Shown here: positions 25,721 to 38,800 of the stretch, in pieces
Position numbering within the stretch: position 1 is the stretch's first letter
Layout of the letters: the number at the start of each line of letters is the position of its first letter
From: Monocercomonoides exilis PA203
Taxonomy: Eukaryota; Protista; Preaxostyla
Length of the DNA: 64,000 nt
Assembly: GCA_001643675.2 (NCBI GenBank)
Contig: LSRY02000057.1
Span: forward strand, 372,001-436,000
Direction of reading: 5' to 3'
Position numbers and translations under genes: made by a program
Notes under the pieces: generated by a model
The model's input: the letters and a program-made list of their open reading frames with translations, nothing else
Databases searched by the model: none
What the model was told of the DNA's origin: nothing

Positions 25721-26803
25721 TCAAAGTGAAGGAAGCTGAAGCGAGCTTTCAACAGCTCTCTGAACGACTCCATTTGTTTCTTCCACAAGCTTCCTCATTT
25801 TCTCTATTTCTTGCTCTGCCAATGCAGTGTCCTTAGTTAAACCAATTTGAATATTAAAAAAATATATAAAATAGTCAGATTATAAAAACAAATGAAATTG
25901 AGGTAATTATATCGAAAATAAAATCACACTGGCGGCAATGACTGAAATGATTTTAATTCCAATGAAAGTGCTGCAAGCTGTTCTTTAAGCTAGAGGTATT
26001 GTTGGATCAATGATTAAGAATTGATTCAGAATCTATAATTTCAAACCTGCCTAAGCTGCTGAGACTGTTTAACAAGAGTTCCATGAGACAATTGACCTTC
26101 TTCTACGAAGCCAAGATCACTTAACATTTTCTAGCAAATAATTAAATAAAATAGAACAGTTTTAATGGTAGAAACCTTTGAAAACATTATTTCCTCATCT
26201 AAGTGAGCAACAACAGTTTTGTTGCGTTTTCCTCTTTCAACCATTGTTTCAGCTTCTTGTTCCAATACATGAGATGCACTCTGTAATTTTTGTGATATTC
26301 TTTGTGAAATTCGCAAAATACTTTCATGTTTCAGTAATTTCGAAAAAACACAAACATTGAAAGCTGATTACATGCAGTGTTAATTTCTTCAAATGCTTCT
26401 TGAACAAGAATCGAACGCTCCTGGAATGCAGAAACTAATATTTCTTGTTCAGAAAAAGTTGACTGAAGGTCGCAAAGAGCAATAAGCAAACTTTTGATTT
26501 TTTTTAAATTGTTTGTTAGAAAATTATTAAAAAAGAAAGAAATATAAACTTTGAGATGGTTGGGGACTTAACATCAAGTATTAAGGAAATAGTAGCGAGA
26601 GCAGTCAATAATTCATCGAGTTCATGAGGAAGAGATGAAGAATCCAATCCAAGGATTTCAAGCAATGCATCTAACCTTTCACCTGGAAATTTTTTTGAAG
26701 CACGACAAAAACTCTATGTTTAATTATAGTAATATATATGTTATGTACTTTCTTTTTCATATTCAATAGTTCTTTTTTTAAGTTCAGATTCAATAAATTG
26801 CAT
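25721..26803 (-). CDS. HAUS1: HAUS augmin-like complex subunit 1 homolog, multi-exon, not recovered by the ORF track
   Basis: Manual splicing gives MQFIESELKKRTIEYEKESERLDALLEILGLDSSSLP...ALATISLILDVKSP...LSHGTLVKQSQQL...LSLELKSFQSLPP|DTALAEQEIEKMRK. This is colinear with HAUS1 as I recall it (LKQKASEYESE...LSHQSLV...LESYLDLMPNPSLAQVKIEEAKREL). Exons are bounded by GT-AG. Confidence 0.75.
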
Positions 26804-26898
26804 TTTTAATATGGAAAAAAAGATCAAAGCCATAAGTCGGAACAAATTATCTGCGAGAAGCGAAAAATCAGTTTTTACAGAACATTTTTACCCACTAC

Positions 26899-29800
26899 AT
26901 GGCTTGCAGAGAAGACAAAAAAGAAAAGAGATTTTGTAGATATTGTTTGCGAAAAGCAGAACAAGATCCGTTTGTTTCAGAGATGGAGTTTTTAGAAGCA
27001 AAATATAAATCGGTATAAATTATTACTTTCAAAATTCTGTTCATTTATTTTGCAATGAAATGTAATCCTGTGTTTTTATTTTTCTCTTTTAAATATTTGC
27101 AATATGTTTTCTAATTTTTTGAAAATAATTTTTCTTTCTGTTGAAATTAATATTATCTTTTAATCAAACAATGTTAGTCCCATCAACTATCTCAGAAACT
27201 TGCAAATAGAACAGATAATTATTGTGATGAAAGAAAAACATTTGATGATTTATTTTTGAATGAATTTATGAGTTTTTATGCAAAGAAAACTGTTTCTTCT
27301 TCATTTTCGGAACTATTTTTGGGAATCTCATCCGAGAAAGAGCTGCAACAACAACCGCAATCAATCATTAATTTTAACAAAGGTTTAACGATTTATATTT
27401 AATTTTTTTCAACTAAATATTTTATCTTATTTTTATTCATTATCTCAATTTTCTGTTGATTTTTGAACTCAAACGATATACCGTCAAAATTAATTACATG
27501 ATTCGCAACGATTTCATTGTTATGCATTGAATTTGAAAGAAATTTTGAACGCAAACGAATTTGTTGCACATATCGTCAAAAGAAATAATTCAAGTTTTTC
27601 AGCTGCAGAGCTTGCAAAAGCTCTCGCTACAGATGCAATGGAAACAAATTATAAAAGAATGAAGAGAAATGAACGATCCGCCGCATTGCATTATTCAGCA
27701 AATAAAACAAAAAGCTATTTACAAGAGAATGGAAGGAAAGTCGCACTCAAGGGCAACTGCATTGAACAACCAACTGCAAACAAAAGAAGCAAACAAACTG
27801 AAAATATTGATAGCCATTTTTACGAAGAGAATGATAATTATGTCCAATACATTGAACGGAGGAACTACAATATTAAGATTAATAATCAAAATCGTTTTTA
27901 CGAAATATTCGATTCATGTACAAAATGCTTGGATCCATTTATTGGATCAAACAATAAACCTGAAAAGGGATTTATTGAAACAATCAGAGCTCAATTAGAA
28001 AATAATTATAATCACATTTTTGGTAAAAGTGAGTTCGATGGCAATTCGAGTGCTTTTTACAGGAAATTATTTGATGATTGGTTTGACAACAGCTTTATTA
28101 AACGACTGGAGAAAAATGCAAATGTTGCAAAAACGAAGCATAAGAAGAATGTGATGAAAGAATCAGATAGCAAAAAGCGAAAAGACGAAAAAATGAAACG
28201 GCAAAAATTCAATCAACCTTCACTTCAAAAGCCATCTTCTTCCTCTTCTTCTTCTTCCACTTCCTCCTCCTCCTCTTCTTCTTCTTTATCCACTTCTTCA
28301 GTCATTTCATCCACTCAGCCATCATCCCAAACCACGCAAACATCTTCCTCTCTTATTTCATCGTCTCTCTCAAAGGAAAGAAATTCTCTATTTTCTCCTT
28401 TGGAACAAGACACATCTTCTAATAAGGCAGATTCTGCTCAGTGTGATATGAGCACATCATCTCAATCAACACCCTCAGAGCAGCCATCTGACATTCCACT
28501 TCCTCAAATAGAATATCTTTCTCTTCGTTCTTCCCCTTCTTCCTCCTCTTCTTCCTCGTCTTTCACTTCTTCCTCTTCTCCTTCTTCATTTGATTTATCT
28601 CTCAATTCACATATTCCTTCTTCTTTTCCTTCTATCCAACCATTATACCCTCACAACTCTTCTAACATCTTGATGTCTCATTCAGATTCTCCTTCTTCTT
28701 CTTCCAGCAATCAGCAGCCTCCTTCTCAGCCACCTCATTCCACTCTTTCTCAAAACTCATCATCATCATCATCATCTTCTTCTTCTTCTTCTTCTGGTCA
28801 GCCTACTCCTCCAACAAATTCTGACAATTCAAATTCAAATTCAAATTCTGGTTCTAATTCTAACACAAACACTAATTCTCACTCAAATTCCAATTCAAAT
28901 TCTTCTCTTCCTCCCAATGATCCATCCAACAATCCTCCTTCCAACAACCCACCTCAGCCTCCCTCTGACCCTTCTGATGGCTCTTCTCCTTCTCCTTCAC
29001 CTCATCCTGTTCCTCCTCAACAATCACAAGAGAATAAACAAGAGAATAAACAAACACAAAATCCAACAGATCCTTCTTCTTCCTCTCCTTCCCCTTCTTC
29101 CTCTTCTCATCCCCCTCTTCCTCTCTCATATTCACTCGCTCATTCTCCTCCTTCTGACACACTCACTCATTCTCAGTCTCAGTCTCCCTCACACTCCATC
29201 ACCCGCCCTGCTCATCCTGATGACCCTCCTTCTCTGCTTCCCACTGACCCTCCTCCTGATCCTTCATCATCGTTTTCTTCTACTTCCTCTTCTAATTCTT
29301 CTTCCTCTTCATCATTTTCTTCTTCTTCTAATTCTTCTTCTTCTATTTCTTATCCCAAGTCAAACTCTCCTCTTCTTCCCAATCCATCTCTTCTTTCTCC
29401 TTCAAGAGATGGCATTTCTGCTATGCCCCTGCCTTCACATTTGACTTCCATATTTTCTTCTTCTCCTTCTGCTGCTGCTTCTAGTTCTTATTCTAATTCT
29501 GCTCCTCTTCTCCCTCTTCAACCACCACCAAATACTAAATCTCTTCTTAATATCACTTCTCCTTCCTCTTCGTCTTCCTCTTCCTCTTCCTCTTCCTCTT
29601 CTCCTCCTTCATCTTCATCTTCATCTTCCTCATCTTCATCTCCATTGGATCCATCTTCTTCATATTCGTTTCTCCAATCACCTCTTCAGCGAAATCAGAT
29701 ATCTCCTTCTTCAAAATCTGAGGGCCTTCTTCCTTCTCCTGATTCACTCAGCAATTCAAAAATGAATGAAAAATACGAAAAATACGAAAAATACGAAAAA

Positions 29801-32800
29801 TATGAGAAAAACGAGAAAGTTGAGGAAAATGAGAAAATTGACAAGTTTTCTCCGTATCTTCTGATTGATTCTCCATCACAGCTGAAATATCATCAGCATC
29901 TGCCTCAGCCTCCTCTTCCTTTGCCCCCTCTTCCTCCTCCTCCTCCTCCACAGGCACAGATGGTGCAGCAGAACAAAAGACAACACACTGTTCCAATCAC
30001 TTCTGTTTCTTCTGTTGCTTCCTCTTCTTCTTCATCGTTGTCATATTCTTCTTCTAAGTCAAGCAATGAATCAAAGAATTCTCCCTCTGCTTCCACGGAA
30101 ATCCTATCCACAAATTCCACTCTTCCACATTCGCAACCTCAGTCTCAGTCTCAGTCTCAGTCTCATCTTTCCCCATCTCCTTTATCCTCCTCCTCCTCCT
30201 CTCCGTCTTCCCCTTCCCCTTCCCCTTCCCTTTCTTCCCCAAGCTCCCTCCCTTCTCCCTCCGACACCCCCTCCTCCCGCCAATCGGGTGTCCTCTCTCT
30301 CAAAGGAGAGCCTTTCATTCCACAGCGAAAGGACAAGCAGCTATCTGCTTTGGTGCGCCCCTTCGTCCCCTCCTCTGCTTTGCACTCCTCCCTCACCGCT
30401 ACCAACCGCCTCGCCCCGGTCTCCCTCCCTCCTTCTGCCAGGCTCATGTCCTTCGCTGAGGCCATCGCTGCCTCTACAATGGGTGCCCCTGTTTCCCTCC
30501 GAGCACTGCTGAGTGTGCCAGAGCAGGCAACAGTGCTGCTCTGCTGCCCGTCTCAGCAGCATCAGGACAGAATCGCCAAGATCTTCAACACAGTCGCTGT
30601 CAGCAACCTGGCTGAGAAAGTGCTGCAGTTGCGGAAGATCGTGACAAGCGAGTATTTCGAGTTCTTTGCGCGCTACTTGGTGCTGGCGAGGGTGTCGCAG
30701 GAGGAGAATCATCTGGAGCTGTTTGTGGATGTGGTGGAGAAGATGAACGACTGGCAGCTTATCAAAGCGGTGGAGCGTGTATTGTTTGACTCCAGCCGGC
30801 AGCTTGTGCTGTTTGACCATTCGCAGTCGAAGAACGGGGCAGAGCGGAAGCAGTTGAACAACTTCGGCTCTTTCATCAGCCTTCTTGTCATTCAAAGGAA
30901 CAGAGCAATCCTCCAGCGGCATTTGGACATCCGCAGCGCCCTCATCTTCGCCCACCAATGTGGCAGATTGCATGCAGTTGTTCCATTTGTGGCGAGGATC
31001 CTGCAACATTGTGCAGACTCTGCCATCTACTGCAACATGCACCAGCCCTGGCTGTTTGGGGTAACTGAGCTGTTGAGAGAGCTGTACCATCTGCCGGTGA
31101 GACTGCAGATCAAGTTCTCGATAGAAGATGTGGACAAGGCATTTGGGAATTCACTGGAATTGGACTCTCCCTTTGCGAGGGTGAAGGAAGGGACAGAGGA
31201 AGAGAGCAACAAAGATGCAGCGAGATTTCGGAAGGAGCTGATGAAGGAGGCAGAGAAGGGGAGTAATGATAACAGTAATAGTAATAACAATAGCAGTAGC
31301 AGTAACAGTAGAAGTGGAAGTGGAAGCGGAAGCGGAAGTAAAGAAAAAGAGGGCAAAGCAGCATCAACTTCATCTTCTCCAGCAACTTCTGTTTCTGCAT
31401 CTCCATCTCCTTCACTCTCATCGGTACATTCTGATACTTCTTCTTCTTCTTCTTCTTCTTCTTCGCCTTCTTCAGCAACAACATCAACCTCATCAGATTC
31501 ACAACAGAAGGAAAATGATAAAAATGAGAGCGAAAAGAAATTAAAAGATAAAGAAGAAGATTCTTCATCTGCTTCATCATCACCATCTTCAACAACAACA
31601 ACCACAACTTCTTCTTCTCCTCCATCTCCTTCTCCTTCTCCCTCCTCCTCTTCTTCCTCATCCTCTTCTTCCTCATCTTCAAAGGCAACTCCGGCCAATA
31701 CACCTCTTCATGTTTTCTCCGAGTATCCCATCGTGTATGATGTCTCCCTCACAGCCAAAGGCGATCTTGTTCCCGATTATTCTTCAGACGATGCATTTCA
31801 AAGGGCAGTGGCTGAAAAGAGACTGAATGTGCTTTTGTCACCTTCTGAACAGTTTCAGGAGCTGCTCAAGTTGGATGAAGAGGCAAGAAGAGAAGAAGAA
31901 GAAGAGATAAAGGCACAAGCACAGGCAGAGGGAACAGGAGCAGGAGTGGAAGGAGCAAGAGTGGATGGTGGGGTGAAAGGGCAGAGTAAGCAGATATCAT
32001 CTCCATCTTCCGCTTCTGTGTCTTCTTCATCATTGAATTCATCTCCAACTGAAGGAGCAACTCAATCATCACCTTCTTCTTCTACAGAATCTGATGCAGC
32101 ATCATCCACACCCATTCAGACAACATCTTCTTCTTCACTTTCATCTCGCTCTCTTCGTCCAGATCCGCCACTGCCCTACTCAGTAGCTGCCTCTCTTCTC
32201 ATTCCTCAGCAGGTCTTCGACCATCTCTTCCCTCCCAATCGGTTGGCGACTGCAAAACTTCCGCGAATCGAGCAGGCAATGCAGCAGATGGAACAAGAGC
32301 TGACCGAAAGAGAAGAAAGACGAGCAGAGCTGCGGCGGATTGCCGAAGAGAAGAAGAAGATTGAGCAGATGCGGATGCTTCGGGACTTGCAGCGAAAACA
32401 AGCTATTCTTCAGAGGCAGAAGGAGCGTATAGCAAAAGTAGTGTTGCACAACACGATGTATCTTTTTGAGCTGCTTCAACCTGATTATCCTGCAATCGCA
32501 CAAGAACTGCCGCCGATGGTGGAGATGGTGGCAAAGGAGCTGAATGTACCGCTATCACACCCTCCAGTCTGCACACGTGATGTTCCTAAAGACTCACTCG
32601 AACTCGAACTGCTGGCAGGCAATTCTGTTCCTCCTCCACGCCCTTTCAACAGACTGCCTCAGCCACAATTCAATGTGTTCTCTTTGGATCTCATCCACAC
32701 ACCTTATTTTGAGCTTCTGAGAGAACTGTCGCCTGAGCGGTTCCGTCTGCCTCTGTTCCATCCGCAGTCTCCCTTTTCCGAGTTCATTCTGCCCATTCTG

Positions 32801-35800
32801 GATGACACAATGGCCAATCTTGCCTCCACATTCTGTGTGTTTGTCTGCAACAAGACAATCCCTGCTGCCCTTTCTGCCTCCACCTCCATCGTCCTCCAGC
32901 AGTTCTCCCGTTTCTACTTCGACATCGAGTCCATCTCTGCCTTCCCACCAGATGTACAGCGTGCTGACTATCTTTCTGCTATGCTCTCCATCCCTCCAAT
33001 GAAGCCCAACATAAAAGGCGTCCCTGTCCAGCTGCTGCTGAGGGAGCAGCTGAAGATCGTGACTCAGTCCTGTTTGGTCTCTCTATCAACCAATCTCTGC
33101 CAGTTCTACATGCGCAATCGTGCTGCAGGTTCGCTGGCAGATGCACTTAGGAAAGAGCTGGTGAACGGAAACAACGGTATCTGGAGCGATCAGAAGAAGA
33201 GTGAGCAGTTGATGAGTGAGATTATGTCGTTGGCAGAGTACATGGTGATGGCAGTGGCAGATGACTATGTGTATTCTGTGGTGAATGAGGTGAACAAGAC
33301 AGCGCTGGCCATTCTCGATCGATCACTCGTCAGGCAGATAGAGACACGGACAATGTGGAAGCTGTTTATGGGGAAGAGGAAAACACACACAGTGCATCTC
33401 CCTTGTCCTTCACCAGATGGCCAGCTGATTAGTCTGACTCCAACTGAGAAGAAAGAGAAGAGAATAATGGGCTCATGGCAGACGAGAGAGTTTGTGGATT
33501 ATTCGCGAGTGAATGTGGCATTACAGGAGAAGTTGCCTGCTTCGATGGATGTTGTGTATATTCCTGGCCTGCTTCATAGAACAGTTGCTCTGTATGATGG
33601 GATCACCTCACAGACGATGGCTGTGATGTCGTCGATGGTCAACTTGCAGGACGGCACAAAGCTAGGTACACTCAGCAGAGCCAACATCAGCCGCATCACG
33701 TTCCCCCACACTCCTATCTACTCCAGCAAGGAGCACTGCCTCGACCTCACTTTGCTGTCACAGCCTCTTCTGTCTATGTTTGGCTCTGCTATCTACAGAG
33801 ACAAATATCGCAAGCTTCCTTCTCTCTCGTTCCCTGAGTGGAAGATGGCGAATGAGTGTCTGAACGATATGAAGAAGATGGTTGATTTGGATCCTCCATT
33901 CACCTTCATCACCAGCCCCATCCGAAACTACTTCCGCTCTTTGATGGCTGGCTTGCAGGCAGGCGCCCTTTCAGAAGAGCTTGTGCTCAACCTCAGACAC
34001 ACCCCATTCGGCGCTGTCTCAGTCAAAACTGTGTCCAGCGGGAAAGTGAAAGCTCCTTCATTGTCTGAGCCAACGAATGCTCCCTCGCTTTCAGACAAGA
34101 ACACACAAGAGAACACAGACAATGTGCATGTGCTGATGCGGAGCCCATTCCTGGCGCCTCCTTCGTCTTACTGGCACCCTCTCAGCTTCTCTGAGTTGGA
34201 GTCTCTGTTCGATCTAGTGGCAGCAAGCAGTGCCCAGCTGTTCAGCCAAGTGAGAGACTCCGTCCTCTGCTCGCTGAACAAGGCGCTGAGTCTGCTGACG
34301 CGGTGTGCAGCGATTGAGACTGATCTGCGCCTGACGAAGACGAGCATCACTCGAAAGGGATCAGAATATATTGCACCAGAGCGGGTGCAGCAGCAGGTGG
34401 AAGAGGTGAGGAAGTTTGTGAAGGAGAAGCTGTATCCACGTGTGATCATTCCGCAGCCAACAATCACCAACCCTCATCCGAAGCATCCACCAATGCCTCC
34501 ATTTTCTTCGCTGGACGAGCAAAGGCTGCCTTCAGCTGTGTATCCTGTGATTGTGTCAGGGGATACGCTGGCTGAGGCAGAGGGGATACTCACGACAGGA
34601 CTGCAGATGGCAAGAGACGAGGCAGACACGGCAGTCAACCGCTGTTTGACTTCGTTTGACACGCAAATTGCGATTGCCACACGGGATTTGGAGGATACGT
34701 TCTTTACATATGCAGAGGATATTTTGAAGGAAAAGCAGAAGGAAAGAGAAATTATGTGGGAGAAGATGGTGAATGAGTATTCGGAATATAAAAGACAGAA
34801 AGCTAAAGAAGAGGAAGAGAAGAAAAAGAAGGAAGAAGAAGAAGAAGAGAAAGAAAAGAAAAGAAAAGAAAAAGAAAGAAAAAGAGCAGAAAGAGCTCAA
34901 CGCAAAAAGGATAAGGAAAAGGAGAAGAAAGGAAACGAGAATGATGGCAATTCTATTGAAGGAGAGCTTTCTGAATCAGAATCCGAAACTGTATCTGAAT
35001 CTGAACATGAAGAAGAGAAAGAGAAAGAAGAGAAATCAAAAGAAGAAAGTGAAAGTGCAGATCAAGAAGAAGAAAAGAAGGTTGATAAGTCAAAACAGGA
35101 GAGTGAAGGAAAAGAAGAGCAGAATGAAGAAAAGATGGAAGAAAACAATAAATCAAGTACAAAACAGACAAGCGATGAAGAGAAAAAGAGCACAACAGAA
35201 AAAGAAAGCAAGGAAATAAAGAAGGACTTCCCTGAGATAAACGAAGTTCCATCCGAGCGACTGTGCTTCCCCTTGATCCCTTCTCCATTCTTCTTCCCGC
35301 CTCTTCTCTTCCGTGCGATTGAGGGTGTGATTGAAGCTATTCGCGATCGATACATCTTCTCCATTGCGCACAGACTGTGTCGTGGCCTTGTGAGTGGGCC
35401 AACACCTCTTGTGGCTGCATTCTATGCGCCTCCCACTCGCTCCTATCTGCCTTCTCTTGTTTCCACCCGTTCTCAATGGAAAGAATTTCTGCCGCACGAG
35501 TCGATGGAGAAGGAGATGAAGCATCCGCCTTATCATAGCCTGAGAGAAGATGTCGATGCAAGTGCCATGGAAACCAAGCCAGATAAGCCTCGTATGAGTC
35601 AAGTGGAGGCGATGCAGCATGCGATTCTCTGCTTCAGCCCAGAATACGCCAAGCACTCGTCCATTGTGCCTGCATCTGACATTAGTGGATGCCGCTTTGC
35701 TTCTCTTTCGATGCCAACTGCTCATCGCGAAGAGGATCTGCCTCTTCTTTCGTCGACCATCTGGACAAATGCCAACGCCCTCGAGCACGACATGTACTGT

Positions 35801-38800
35801 ACTGACGAGACTGTCCAATATGCAAAGGCTGCAAAGAGACCAGAGCCTGCTGGAAAACTGGGGATGGTCTGTTTGGAGAGAGTGAGGAAGTTCAGAGAAT
35901 ACTATCTGGACAGCAAGTATTGTGTGTCGCCAGCTAAGAAAAGCAGAGACACAGAACAAGGTTCAGAAGCAGGGGAGTATGACATGATGGAAGGAGAGTG
36001 TCCTGATGTGGATTCCTTGTACAGCGAAGGGACGTCATACCACATAACCGAAGAGGCCATCAAGAAGCTTATGTATGTCTGTCTGGAGAACTATCCAGAC
36101 GATGCTGTGGAAGCAGACATCGAGTCCTTTAGCCTCCGCAAGTTTGTTGCGCAGCACACTGACTGTTTTGTCTGCAATCCACTACAAGTGATGATCGAAT
36201 CACCGTCTGTGTCGCTTGCAATGCCCTTCCTCCACACCGTCTCTGCCGACGTACTCCATCGCGAAGAGCCGCAGATGTCCATCTTCCAGCAGCGCACCTA
36301 CGAACAACACTTGAAACTAGGCAATCCATCAGACAAGGCAGTTGTTCTGCGCTCCACGCCACCTGCACTTGAACAGATGCCTCATCATGTTAGAAATGTC
36401 TTTGCCACTCTTCATATTGCCTCACTTCATGTTCTCTGTGGTATTGCACCCAAAGTTGTGAAGACAGCTGTATTTGGCACAGTCGTCCATTCTCTGATCA
36501 CAAACACTGTTCCATTTTCTATCCCGCCTATGGACACGCGCTTTGCATTCTCTGTTCCAATCTTCCCGCATGACATGGAGATCTCTTTAGATTATTCTGG
36601 TCCTCTTGTATTGAACATGAATTGGACACAGTTTTATTGCTTTATGAAGCCTTTACCGATTCTTTCAGTTATTCACTCAATACCCAAAAAGAGGTTAGCT
36701 CCTCCACTTAAAGATTCAAATGGAAAGACTAAAGAAAAGCACAAAAACGATATCAAAACGGGAAATTCTGCTTCTTCTTCAAAGACTGGTTCGTCTGTCA
36801 GGTCAGAAAGCGAAGAAAGTCAAAATCTGCTAGAAGACATGAACAGATTGCACGCGTTGGATATAAGTGAGTACCCAGAGTTCTACACAATCCCCTTAAA
36901 TTCTTCCTTCTCTCAGATGTTTGCTATCTTAAAGAACGAGAACTACATCACAATGCTATCGATGCTGGCTGATCATGGCTTCGTTGACATGCGCTCCATT
37001 GCCAATGTGATGATACGCACACTCACTTCTCTTTGGAAGGCCACCTTTTTCTTGATGCCCAAGTTCAGCTCCGAGGCTGTTGAGGAGTATTTGAAGAAAT
37101 CTGAAAGCGGAAAAGAGAACAGCACCTCGCAAATCAGCACATCTGATACAGACAAACGAGACATTTCATCCTCCTTCTTAGCGGAGACAACAAACTATGC
37201 CTCAGCTGCTGTGTTCACAGACAACATGTGCTCTGGCCCGCTGTATGGCTCTCTGCCATTCCTTTTGTCTCTGCTGCCGTCTGTGTCTGGCTCAACTGCA
37301 GCCACACGGCCTTTCCCAGTCGATCTGCTGGCAGTGGCAAAGGAGAAGTGCTATCCAGTGATGCTTGTCTCCCTCGTCAACCAGATGCAGCACTACATCA
37401 CACTCGTCTCAGACTTTCTGGCGTTTCTGGTGGGCATTTCAATCAACTCGTGGAAGAAAGCGCATTCTCATGTGATCAAAACTAAACACGATGTCTTTTC
37501 ATCAAAAAATGACATCAGAAACGAGCAAAGAAACGCTATGCGTGAAACCAAATCAGCTGAAGAACTAATTAATGAACTGGATGAGGAGATGAGAGAAGAA
37601 GCTGAGCAGAGTACATGTTTGGGGATTCCTTATTCCACACCTGAAAAGCCTGAGGAAGAGGTGCAGACTGTTGTGCCTATTTCTCGTTTAACAATGACAA
37701 ACATCCATCCGCACCCATTTCTGGCTGTATGTACTGGCCTTGTCATTCACTTGGCACTGATCATTCACGATTGGCGTGCTATTTCTCCGTTCATTTGCTC
37801 TTTTGCTGTTCTTTGTCATCCTCCTTCATCTCCATCTTCCACATCCACATCTTCTTCTGGTTCCACTTCTTCCTCATATTCCCAAACAGGTTCACCACAG
37901 TTGGAGCTTCTTCGCACTTTCTTCCATCTAAAGGCTGTACGAGGCGCAAAGCCAATCACTATGCAGCGAGTTGATGTGAATCCTCAGAAGCTTGCTGAAT
38001 ACATTGCAATCAAATACACACTACCAATGCAGCCTAATTCAAAGAGCGCAAATGCAAATGCAAATTCGGCTCCACCAATACACCCCAGTCTGCTTCCAGG
38101 GCACGACGAAGCAGCAGCCAGATTATACAAAGGATGGCTGATGATAGACACAGCACTGAGAGAAGCATCATTTGCGATTGATCGAGCACTGTTTGTGCTG
38201 CTTGGGCAAGAAAATATCTACTCTATCGATCAGAATGAGCTGAATATTGTGAAGGAAATTCATCCATTCATCATCAAACTGGAAGAGAAATTTGGCGTGT
38301 GGGAAGAAACGCCAAAAGTTGCGCCGATTCCTGTGCAGTTCCCAGAATCTATTTCATCTGCGCTTCTTCGTCTTCCGCATACCTCTTCCTTCCTCACCTC
38401 AACATCACCATCGTTTGCCCTCGAATCTGACAAGAAGGGCATATCTCCGCTGCCCATGGAGTCATCAGACGTGTCAGACTCCGACATGATCAGTGTGATG
38501 CCTTCTCCTCCGCCCATCCCGAACCAGGTGACACCTCCTACGCGATGTACTGCTCTTGCCAATGAGTTCAGAAAGTGGATGATTGAAGTGCCTGCTGATC
38601 GGCATCCTGAGAATGTGGCACTGACTTCACTGAAGCTGCTGGACTGGGCATCGCAACAGCACTTTCTGGACAACGAGAAGTGTGTTGGTGAATTTGCGTC
38701 TGTGCTGGCAGACACAGCAATTATGCACTACAAAATAGCAAAGAAGGCAGAAAAAAGGAGATTCAGAAGGAAGAAAAGAATGAGTGCAAAGGAAAACGGA

